Assembly: GCA_046331285.1 (NCBI GenBank)
Contig: JAXLRD010000011.1
Coordinates: 69,790 to 133,789, forward strand
Length of the DNA stretch: 64,000 nt
Direction: 5' to 3'
DNA from: Vicinamibacteria bacterium
GTDB lineage: Bacteria > Acidobacteriota > Vicinamibacteria > Fen-336
In this document: one piece after another, positions 56,408 to 64,000 of the stretch
How positions within the stretch are numbered: the first letter of the stretch is position 1
How the letters are laid out: every line of letters begins with the position of its first letter
The notes under the pieces: generated by a model
Seen by the model: the letters and a program-made list of their open reading frames with translations, nothing else
Databases searched by the model: none
What the model was told of the DNA's origin: nothing
Translations under genes and position numbers: made by a program

Positions 56408-58261
56408 CTAGAGCACCGTCTCCCGCAGGACCTCCTCGACCGTCGTCACGCCGTTCTTGATCTTCTCGAGGCCGCTCATGCGCAGAGTCAGCATGCCCTC
56501 CTCGAGCGCCTTCCTCTTGATCTCGACCGCGGTCGCCCCGACCATCACGAGGTCGCGGATCCCTTCGCTGATCTCCATGACCTCGTACAGGCCGACGCGG
56601 CCCTTGTAGCCGGTGCCGTTGCAGGTCGCGCAGCCCTTGCCCTTGAAGACCTGGAACGTGCCGATCTGGTCGGGCTGGAAGCCGATGTCGATGAGTGTCT
56701 TCGACGGCACCTCGGCGGTGACGTCCGTCTTGCACTTCGAGCAGACGCGGCGGACGAGGCGCTGGGCCTGGATCAGGTTCACCGCGGTGCCCACGAGGAA
56801 CGGCTCGATGCCCATGTTCACGAGGCGCGAGACCGTGGAGGGGGCGTCGTTCGTGTGCAGGGTCGACAGCACGAGGTGCCCGGTGAGGGCCGCCTTCACC
56901 GCGATCTCGGCCGTCTCGTAGTCGCGGATCTCGCCGACGAGGATGACGTTCGGGTCCTGCCGCAGGAACGACCGCAGGACCATCGCGAAGTTGAGGCCGA
57001 TGTTGTCGCGAATCTGGACCTGGTTGATCCCGTGGAGGTTGAACTCCACCGGATCCTCCGCGGTCATGATGTTGGTGTCGGGCTTGTTGAGCGACGACAG
57101 CGCCGAGTAGAGGGTGTTCGTCTTGCCGGACCCGGTCGGCCCCGTGACGAGGACGATGCCGTAGGGCTTCGCGATCGCGTTCTTGAACCGGTCGAGCGAG
57201 TGCGCCTCGAAGCCCAGCTTGGTCATGTCCAGCATGAGCTTCGTCTTGTCCAGCAGGCGCAGGACGATCTTCTCGCCCCACAGGGTCGGCAGCACCGAGA
57301 CGCGGAAGTCGAGATCGCGGCTGCGGTCGTCGAGCTTCATCTTGATCTTGATGCGCCCGTCCTGCGGGAGCCGCTTCTCGGCGATGTCGAGCTTCGCCAT
57401 GATCTTGACGCGGGAGAGCAGCGGATCCCTGACCTTCATCGGGAGCCGCATGACCTCGTACAGCACGCCGTCGATCCGGAAGCGGACGCGGAAGTCCTTC
57501 TCGTAGGGCTCGATGTGGATGTCGGACGCGCCCCGCTTGAGCGAGTCCACGAGCAGGTTGTTCGTGAGCTTCACGACGGGTGCGGCGTCGGCGGACTTCG
57601 CGAGGTTGCCGAGGTCGATCTCGTCGTCTTCCTTGACGGTCTCGACGTCGGCCTCGGCGTCGCCCATCGCGTCGAGGTCGACCTCGGACAGCCCGCCGAG
57701 CTGGGCCATGTCGTCGACGCTCAGCGTGCTCTCGAGCGCCTCCTTCAGGCCGCCGCCCGCGGTCGGGATCCCGCTGAAGCCGCCGCCGGAGGGAGCGCCG
57801 GCCGGCGAGCCGTCGGGGCGGAGCACGAGCGACCGCGTCGAGCCGTAGTAGCGGTCGATCGCGTCCTCGAGGGCGCCCTCGGAGGCCACGACGGGCTCGA
57901 CGTTGTAGCCCGTCATGAACTTGATGTCGTCCATGGCGAACACGTTCGTCGGATCCGCCATGGCGATCGTCAGCGTGGCGCCGGAGCGCGACAGCGGGAG
58001 CACCTGGTACTTCCGCGCGGTCTCCGCGGGGATGATCTTGATGATCGCCGGGTCGACCTCGAAGTGGTCGAGGTTGATCGAGGGCACGCCGTACTGGCGC
58101 GAGAGGAGGCTCGTGATCTCCTCGTCCTTCACGAAGCCGAGGTTCACGAACGCCTTGCCGAGCTTCCCGCCGTTCTGCTTCTGGTGGCTGAGGGCTTCCT
58201 GGAGCTGCTGCGGAGAGACGAGGTTCTCCTTCAGAAGCAGCTCACCGAGCTTGACAGGCAT
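56408..58261 (-). CDS. pilB: Type IV-A pilus assembly ATPase PilB
   Basis: N-terminal MshEN/GSPII domain (LGELLLKENLVSPQQLQEAL), GIVLVTGPTGSGKTNT, and a tetracysteine CSKC...CATCNGTG. Confidence 0.92.
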   Translation of the reverse strand: MPVKLGELLLKENLVSPQQLQEALSHQKQNGGKLGKAFVNLGFVKDEEITSLLSRQYGVPSINLDHFEVDPAIIKIIPAETARKYQVLPLSRSGATLTIAMADPTNVFAMDDIKFMTGYNVEPVVASEGALEDAIDRYYGSTRSLVLRPDGSPAGAPSGGGFSGIPTAGGGLKEALESTLSVDDMAQLGGLSEVDLDAMGDAEADVETVKEDDEIDLGNLAKSADAAPVVKLTNNLLVDSLKRGASDIHIEPYEKDFRVRFRIDGVLYEVMRLPMKVRDPLLSRVKIMAKLDIAEKRLPQDGRIKIKMKLDDRSRDLDFRVSVLPTLWGEKIVLRLLDKTKLMLDMTKLGFEAHSLDRFKNAIAKPYGIVLVTGPTGSGKTNTLYSALSSLNKPDTNIMTAEDPVEFNLHGINQVQIRDNIGLNFAMVLRSFLRQDPNVILVGEIRDYETAEIAVKAALTGHLVLSTLHTNDAPSTVSRLVNMGIEPFLVGTAVNLIQAQRLVRRVCSKCKTDVTAEVPSKTLIDIGFQPDQIGTFQVFKGKGCATCNGTGYKGRVGLYEVMEISEGIRDLVMVGATAVEIKRKALEEGMLTLRMSGLEKIKNGVTTVEEVLRETVL

Positions 58262-58310
58262 CAGCTCTCAGTCCAGAAAAACTTCGACTTCATGCCCATT
58301 TAGTCGCGCG

Positions 58311-58339
58311 ATGCTAACGCCGTGGTCTAAATGTGTCAA
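58311..58339 (-). promoter_or_regulatory. Sigma-70-type promoter upstream of pilB
   Basis: Minus strand reads TTGACA-N17-TAGCAT in an AT-richer intergenic island, about 45 nt upstream of the pilB ATG. Confidence 0.55.
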
Positions 58340-58346
58340 GCCTGTC

Positions 58347-58364
58347 CCGGTTCTCTGGAACCGG
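58347..58364 (-). terminator. Hairpin after the YfhO-like gene, just upstream of the pilB promoter
   Basis: CCGGTTC-CAGA-GAACCGG (7-bp stem) on the minus strand. Confidence 0.35.
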
Positions 58365-58372
58365 TCTTCAGG

Positions 58373-60712
58373 TCAGACCTCGGTCACCGTGTGCGAGGTT
58401 AGCACGCGCCGTGCCCGTGCAGCGGTGAAATGCGACACAACCAGGAGGCCCGCCGCCGAGCCCACGCCGAGCGCGAAAGCCGCCAGCGCGGGCCCCCGCC
58501 ACGGCGGACGGTAGCTCAGCGTGAAACGCCGAGAGCCCCCGGCCGTCGGGATCGCCCGGTAGCGGCCGTCGGCGCGAAGCACGGGCACGGGCCGGCCCGA
58601 ATCGTCCGCGGCGGACCAGTCCGGGTGGGCGCCGTCCAGGACGACGACGAAGCCGGGCGGCGTCGTCGCAGAGACCTCGACCTCGTGCGGACCGAGGAGC
58701 CGGTACTCGACGGAGGGCGCCTCGCCCGGCGAGACGGAGCCGGCTCCCGGCAGCGGCCCCGGCTCGCCCTCGAGGAGGACCGTCTGCCGCGGGTCGAAGG
58801 CGGGATCCCCGGCCGCCCGGGCGAGCGCCTCCGCCCGCGGGACGACCTCGTGCCGCGCCACGAAGAAGGCCCGGGGCAGCGGGTCCCGCACCTCGTAGAG
58901 TCGGAGCGGGTCCCGGACCTCGGGCAGGAGCAGCGCGGCCCGCGGCGAGACGAGCGGCTCCGGGAGCGGGTCGAAGCTCAGCACCCAGCGCACGTTCGCC
59001 AGCCGCAGACGGCGGTGCAAGGCGTCGTAGCGGGCGGTGTCCGCCTCCCCCACCGCGATCGTCGAGCCCTCGGGGGCGAGGCCCATGCGGTCGACGTCGA
59101 ACGCACCCTCGAGCCCGTCGATCACGTGCGTCCGGGGCATGAGAGCCTGCCGGTCGACCGCGAACAGCCATCGGTCCGATCGGGTCCGCGTGACCGCAGG
59201 CTGCCACGCCAGGCCGCGCGCGTAGGCGGCGCCGAAGGAGAACCACCGGTACCGCCCCAGCGATTCGGCGGCCGCGACGGCGCCCCGAACGGGCTCGCGC
59301 AGCTCGTAGAAGTCCGCCGGCGCGGACGGGTTCAGCCCGCCGTTGACGCGCAGCAGGTCGAGGACGGCGAGCGCTCCCGCGAGCGCCGCCGCCCGCCCCC
59401 CGGCCGCGACGCCGAGGCCCGCGCCGAGGGCCGCGAGGCCGGTCGCCGCGAGCTCGAGCGGCCAGAGCCGCGCGACGACGTCGGTCACGAGCGCCGGCGA
59501 CGTCGCGCCGAACACCCGGCCGACGGCCGCGGCGAGGGCCGCGGGGGCCCACGCCGCCACTGCCGCGAGCGCGACGAGGAGGGCCCCCGGCAGCAGCCAC
59601 CCGCGGCCGCCGCGTTCCCTCGCCGCGCGGTCGACGCCGCGCCCGGCGAGCAGGGCCAGCGCGAGCGTCGCCAGGAGGAAGAGCTTCACCGGCGCCCGCG
59701 CGAGACGCAGCGCGGGGCCCATCAGCGCGCCGAGCGGGCCGTACGAGCCGAGGGCGAGCAGCACGCCGGCGAGGACGAGGGCCCACAGCCGCGCCTCGCG
59801 TCGGCCCGCCCGCGCCGCGAGCAGCAGGACGATGGGCCCCAGGTACAGGCTCAGGAAGAACGGGCTGCCGCCGGGGTAGAAGGCCTGTCCCCAGAAGCCG
59901 ACGTCGCTGAAGGCGTGCACGTCCCCGAGGAACCGCGGCAATGCCGCCTCGGCCAGGACCGCCGGCGGCGCCGAGTAGGCGAGCGCGGCCGCGGCCGCGA
60001 AGCCGCGGCCGCGGGCGCTGTCGGAGAGCAGGGCCGAGCCGCCAGCGACCGCGGGCGCAGCCAGGAGGGCCGCGAGAGCGAGCGCCGCGCCGAGGGCGCG
60101 CGACGCGCGGGCGGACGGGAGGGACGGCAGGAGGACGAGCGCGACGAGCGCGGTCTGCGGAAGCGCCTCGATCCCCAGTGTCGACACCTGCGTCGCGAGC
60201 ACCGCGGCGAGGGCGACGGCCCGCGGCCAGGGCCGCCCGGCATCCGCCGCGAGCGAGTGGACGAGGCCGACCGCGAGCGGGGCCCACGCCGCGGCGAGGA
60301 ACACGGGATAGAGCACCGCCCCGAGCATCGCGCCCGAGAGCGCGAACACCAGGCCGGAGACGAGCGCCGCGGCCGGAGACGCACCGAGGCGCCGAGCGAG
60401 GTACCGCGCGCCGAGGGCGGCCACGAGGACGTGGAGAGGCGGCGACACGGCGAGAGCCCCGCGGGCGCCCATGCTCCACGCGAGGAGGAGGTGAACGGGG
60501 TACGCGCAGAGAAACGGTGCGCCGGCGTCGGCGCCTGGGTGCCACAGGGGCCACACGCCCCCGGCGAGCGAGCGCGCGACGAACACGAGGTCGGGGTAGT
60601 ACGTGACCGAGACGTCGCGGAAGTAGAGGACGCGGCCCGCGAGCAGCGGGCCCGCGAAGAGCCACGCCGCGGCGCCGAGAGCCGTCGCGAGCGCCGTGAG
60701 CCACCGGGGCAT
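58373..60712 (-). CDS. YfhO-like polytopic membrane protein (GT-C-type glycosyltransferase candidate)
   Basis: GRVLYFRDVSVTYYPDL...GVWPLWHPGADAGAPF N-terminal motif, many TM, a C-terminal soluble domain and a final TM (RAIPTAGGSRRFTLSYRPPW). Start at ATG 60712 or 60733. Confidence 0.65.
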   Translation of the reverse strand: MPRWLTALATALGAAAWLFAGPLLAGRVLYFRDVSVTYYPDLVFVARSLAGGVWPLWHPGADAGAPFLCAYPVHLLLAWSMGARGALAVSPPLHVLVAALGARYLARRLGASPAAALVSGLVFALSGAMLGAVLYPVFLAAAWAPLAVGLVHSLAADAGRPWPRAVALAAVLATQVSTLGIEALPQTALVALVLLPSLPSARASRALGAALALAALLAAPAVAGGSALLSDSARGRGFAAAAALAYSAPPAVLAEAALPRFLGDVHAFSDVGFWGQAFYPGGSPFFLSLYLGPIVLLLAARAGRREARLWALVLAGVLLALGSYGPLGALMGPALRLARAPVKLFLLATLALALLAGRGVDRAARERGGRGWLLPGALLVALAAVAAWAPAALAAAVGRVFGATSPALVTDVVARLWPLELAATGLAALGAGLGVAAGGRAAALAGALAVLDLLRVNGGLNPSAPADFYELREPVRGAVAAAESLGRYRWFSFGAAYARGLAWQPAVTRTRSDRWLFAVDRQALMPRTHVIDGLEGAFDVDRMGLAPEGSTIAVGEADTARYDALHRRLRLANVRWVLSFDPLPEPLVSPRAALLLPEVRDPLRLYEVRDPLPRAFFVARHEVVPRAEALARAAGDPAFDPRQTVLLEGEPGPLPGAGSVSPGEAPSVEYRLLGPHEVEVSATTPPGFVVVLDGAHPDWSAADDSGRPVPVLRADGRYRAIPTAGGSRRFTLSYRPPWRGPALAAFALGVGSAAGLLVVSHFTAARARRVLTSHTVTEV

Positions 60713-60723
60713 GCCGGCCGCGC

Positions 60724-62244
60724 ATGTTAGCATCGCGCGTGTCGCCCTCCCGCGCGGTGCTGCTGGCCGGGCTGCTCGTGAGCGCCTGGGCCGGCGCGCT
60801 GCACCTGCGCGCGGCGCTCGATCCCCCGCCGGGCCGCGCCTTCGCCGGCACCTTCCACTGGATCGACGACGTCTACAACTACGCCTCCTACGCCCAGCAG
60901 GCGGAGGACGGCCGCTTCCTGATGGGCAACAAGCTCCTCCCCCCGGACCGGGCGAGACCGGTGCTCGTCAACCTCGAGTGGTGGGCGGTGGGCCGCGTGT
61001 CGGCGGCGATCGGGCGGCGGCCGCTCCTGGCGTTCCGCCTCCTCGCCGTTCTCGCCACGCTCGGCCTCGCCGCGGCGGCCGAGCGCTGGCTCGCGGGGGC
61101 CGGCGTCCCCGCGTCGCACCGCTTCGCCGGGCTGCTCCTCGTGCTGCTCGGCGGCGGCCTCGGAGGCGTCCTCTTCGAGGCGACCGACAGGGCCGCGGCC
61201 CACTGCCTCGACCTCTCGGTGGCCGCGTTCCCGTACCTCGAAGCGTTCGCGAACCCTCACTTCGCCCTCGGCACCGCCCTCCTCGCCGGGGCCCTGTGGT
61301 GCTTCGCCGCGGTCCCCGCGCCGCGCGGCCCCGTGACGGGCGTCCTCCTCGGCACCCTCCTCGGGCTCGTGCGGCCGTACGACCTCGCGCTCCTCGGCCT
61401 CGTGCGGGGAGTGGCGGTTCTCGCCGCGCGGCCGCCCTCGCGGTGGGCGCGCGAGATCGCGCCGCTCCTCGGCCTCGTGCCCGTGCTCGCCTACGACGTG
61501 TGGGTGTTCTTCGGCACCGACCAGTTCGCCTCCTTCCACGCGGGCGGGGCGATGCCGCCCTGGAGCGACTACCTGCCCGCTTTCGGGCCGGCGGCCGCTC
61601 TCGCCCTCGCCTCGCTCGCGGCCCCCGCCCGCGAGCCGGCCGAACGCGCGGCGCGCGCGCACCTGTGGTGCTGGGCGGCGTGCGCGTTCGGCATCGTCGC
61701 CGTCCGGCCGAACGCTTTCGCCCTGCAGTTCCTCGTCGGCGCGGGGCTGCCGCTGCTCGTCCTCGGCGCCGCGGCCCTCGCCCGGCGCCCGCCGGCCGCG
61801 ACCGCGGCGGCCGCCGTCGTCCTGGCCGCGACCGCCGCCGTGCAGACGCGCATCGCGCTCGGCGAAGACCCGAACTGGTTCGTCCCCCGCGAGAGGATCG
61901 CCGCCGCGGCGGCCCTGCGGCCGTACTGCCGGGCCGGCGACCGGGTGCTCGCCCCGCCGGACATCGGCCTGTACGCGATCGGCCTCACGGCGTGCTCCGC
62001 CGTCGTCTCCCACCCCGTCGCGCCCGACCACGCGGCGCGCCTCGCGGACGCGGCCGGGTTCTACGGCGCCTGGACGAAGGCCGAGCGACTCGCCTTCCTC
62101 GACCGCGAGCGCGTCACGCACCTCGTCCTGCCGGGCGAGGCGGGGCCCCACGCCGAGGCGTGGCTCGGCCCGGGCGCGCCGTTCGAGAGGAGAGTCTCGC
62201 CCGCCGCCGTCCGGCCGCTCGCCCTCTACGAGCGCCGCCGCTAG
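60724..62244 (+). CDS. Polytopic membrane protein, GT-C-like by architecture (uncharacterised)
   Basis: 506 aa and multi-TM, with FHWIDDVYNYASYAQQAEDGRF in the first loop and a C-terminal soluble part. Start at ATG 60724 or GTG 60739. Confidence 0.5.
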   Translation: MLASRVSPSRAVLLAGLLVSAWAGALHLRAALDPPPGRAFAGTFHWIDDVYNYASYAQQAEDGRFLMGNKLLPPDRARPVLVNLEWWAVGRVSAAIGRRPLLAFRLLAVLATLGLAAAAERWLAGAGVPASHRFAGLLLVLLGGGLGGVLFEATDRAAAHCLDLSVAAFPYLEAFANPHFALGTALLAGALWCFAAVPAPRGPVTGVLLGTLLGLVRPYDLALLGLVRGVAVLAARPPSRWAREIAPLLGLVPVLAYDVWVFFGTDQFASFHAGGAMPPWSDYLPAFGPAAALALASLAAPAREPAERAARAHLWCWAACAFGIVAVRPNAFALQFLVGAGLPLLVLGAAALARRPPAATAAAAVVLAATAAVQTRIALGEDPNWFVPRERIAAAAALRPYCRAGDRVLAPPDIGLYAIGLTACSAVVSHPVAPDHAARLADAAGFYGAWTKAERLAFLDRERVTHLVLPGEAGPHAEAWLGPGAPFERRVSPAAVRPLALYERRR

Positions 62245-64000
62245 CGGGCCGCTCGGCGCGCCCCGCGCTGGCGCAGCGCGACAGCCGCGAGGCCGGCGAG
62301 AGCGAGGCCGGCGATCGACACCGCGAGGCCGGCGCTCGCCGCGCGCGGGCGGTAGGTCATCTCGACGACGTGGCGGCCGGCCGGGACCGCGACCGCGCGA
62401 AACGTCACGTTCGCACGGAGCAGCTCGACGGCTCGCCCGTCCAGGGTGGCGCGCCAGCCCGGATCCCAGGTGTCGGCGAGGACGGCGAAAGCCGGCCGCG
62501 AGGCCTCCACCTCGAGGCGGACGCGGTCCGATCCGTCGCGCGTGATGCGGGCCTCGCCAGCCGGGCCGCACGGGCCGGGCGGTCCCGGCGCGCGGGCGAG
62601 GATCACCTCGGCGGAGGGGTCGAACCCCGGCCCGCCGAGGGCGGCGAACGCGGAAGGGCCGGCGGCGAGTCGCGCGCAGCCGACGACGCGCGCACGGCCG
62701 GCGTCCCCCGGGACTCGCCACACGAGGATCGGCTCGGGAAACAGGCTCGGCAGGCTCGCCCCGGGCTCGAGCCCCGGGATGCGGTGGAGCGAGACGACGG
62801 CGCCGACGCCCGCGAGGGAGAGCAGCCGCTCGTGCGCCGGCGTGCCCTCGACGCGGCGCAGGAAGAAGGTGAGATCGTTCAGCTCGCGCGAGTAGAGCCC
62901 GCGCATGTCGAACTCGAAGGCCGGCGGCACGCCGAAGAGCGCCCCCCACGGCGGCAGGAGGTACGACTGGAGCGCGGCGAAGCCGAACACGCGCGTGCTC
63001 CAGCCCCGAGGGGTCTCGATCACCACGTACGGGCTCGGCCGGCCCAGGTGTCGGGCCGAGGAGTCGGGCAGCGTCGAGTAGTCGTAGACGTACAGCCGTC
63101 GGCCGGCCAGGCCGTCGACCGAGGACAGGAGCGGAGGCGGAGTGAAGAAGACGCGCTCGGGAGCGGTCGCGTGCAGCCCGGCGTGAGTCGCGGCCAGGTC
63201 CGCGACGCAGACGCCCGCGAGGAGGGCCGCCAGGACCCGAGCCCGCGCGGCGCCGAGCGCCGAGGCCGCGAGAAGAGCCGCCGCCCCGGCGGCAACCGCG
63301 AGAATCGACGGCGCCGGCGGGCCGCCGACCGCGCCCGAGGCGCGGGCGCCCGCGAGCCCGGCTCCGACGACGCCGGCCGCGGCGAGCAGAGCGGCCGCGC
63401 GGCCGAAGCGTCGGCGCGCGAGCGCCGACGCCCCGAGGCCGGCGAGCAGGGATGCGGCGAGCGAGACGACGAGCATGGCCTTCGACGGGTAGCGCAGGAT
63501 CCGCAGCGCGGGCACGAGGCGGGCCACCACCGGGTACACGGCCGCGTGGGGACCGAGCGACACCGCCAGGGCCCCGAGGCCGGCGAGGATCAGGAACGGG
63601 GCGGCCCGGGGACGAGGCCGGTGCGCGACGGCCAGCGCGCCGAGGCCGAGGAGAGGCGCGCCGAGGTACAGGGAGGCGAGGACCGGGCCGTCGGCGCGAT
63701 CGAAGAGGGCCCGTCGCGTGTCGACGTCCGGCGAGACGCGCGCCGGGTCGAGCGGAGCCACGATCCGCGCGAGTCCCGCCGGCGGCACCGACCAGGTCTC
63801 GCGCACGTCGGCCGTCAGGTCGCTCCGGGGCGAGCGCCGGAGCGTGTCGAGAGCCGGTACCCAGACGACGGCCGTCGAGAGGAGAGCGCCGGAGGCCGCC
63901 CACGCGGCCACCGCGAGCACGGCGCGGCGCCGACGCCGCGCCCGCGCGAGCATCCACGCGGCCGCCAGCGTCCACGTCATCGCGCACATGTCGGGCGAGC
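62241..64000 (-). CDS. YfhO-like polytopic membrane protein, partial; N-terminus probably beyond the window
   Basis: The C-terminus DTWDPGWRATLDGRAVELLRANVTFRAVAVPAGRHVVEMTYRP plus a terminal TM is typical of YfhO. The frame is still open at 64000. Confidence 0.65.
   Translation of the reverse strand, partial: SPDMCAMTWTLAAAWMLARARRRRRAVLAVAAWAASGALLSTAVVWVPALDTLRRSPRSDLTADVRETWSVPPAGLARIVAPLDPARVSPDVDTRRALFDRADGPVLASLYLGAPLLGLGALAVAHRPRPRAAPFLILAGLGALAVSLGPHAAVYPVVARLVPALRILRYPSKAMLVVSLAASLLAGLGASALARRRFGRAAALLAAAGVVGAGLAGARASGAVGGPPAPSILAVAAGAAALLAASALGAARARVLAALLAGVCVADLAATHAGLHATAPERVFFTPPPLLSSVDGLAGRRLYVYDYSTLPDSSARHLGRPSPYVVIETPRGWSTRVFGFAALQSYLLPPWGALFGVPPAFEFDMRGLYSRELNDLTFFLRRVEGTPAHERLLSLAGVGAVVSLHRIPGLEPGASLPSLFPEPILVWRVPGDAGRARVVGCARLAAGPSAFAALGGPGFDPSAEVILARAPGPPGPCGPAGEARITRDGSDRVRLEVEASRPAFAVLADTWDPGWRATLDGRAVELLRANVTFRAVAVPAGRHVVEMTYRPRAASAGLAVSIAGLALAGLAAVALRQRGARRAAR

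Noticed and set aside
60727-63987. A 1086-aa minus-strand ORF spanning 60.7-64 kb.
   Set aside because: It is an Arg/Gly/Pro-rich shadow frame. The real genes here are 60724..62244 (plus strand) and a different minus-strand frame, 62241 to beyond 64000.

Overview
Very GC-rich bacterial chromosomal segment (over 70% by eye). Antisense strands carry many long Arg/Gly/Pro-rich shadow ORFs, so I called genes by recognisable protein sequence rather than ORF length. A VWA protein whose N-terminus (TFKAESQVVVLDVVARDGKGRPV) resembles, from memory, the Acidobacteria-type VWFA family suggests Acidobacteriota. That assignment is an inference. Positions 1-27.9 kb are mostly housekeeping and envelope genes: SPFH/NfeD, tatA-tatC, DUF192, a DUF2339/DUF3999 pair, a Cpx-like operon (Spy/CpxP-like, OmpR-type regulator, kinase, pcm), a peptidase S41-like lipoprotein, a disrupted VWA gene, dcp, a MazF/RHH toxin-antitoxin pair, proS, terC, aroB (apparent frameshift), argF, a COG2403-type GTPase-like gene, a MobA-like gene and typA. 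Positions 27.9-64 kb form one large type IVa pilus locus, mostly on the minus strand: pilB-pilT-pilC-pilS-pilR, two tandem pilA paralogs each with a sigma-54 promoter, an ABC ATPase and permease, a TPR-like protein, a CPHC thioredoxin-fold protein, pilD, a second kinase, fimT-pilV-pilW-pilX, a 1656-aa VWA-PilY1, a zinc-ribbon/TPR protein, a secreted coiled-coil protein and a second sigma-54 regulator. Putative glycosylation genes are interleaved with the pilus genes: a GT2-methyltransferase fusion, a second methyltransferase and four large polytopic YfhO/GT-C-like membrane proteins. I consider this pilus-linked glycan module the most interesting candidate system here. No rRNA, tRNA, CRISPR array, transposase or integrase was seen. 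Several genes carry apparent coding lesions (aroB, the VWA gene, one membrane protein). From the sequence alone I cannot tell pseudogenes from assembly errors.
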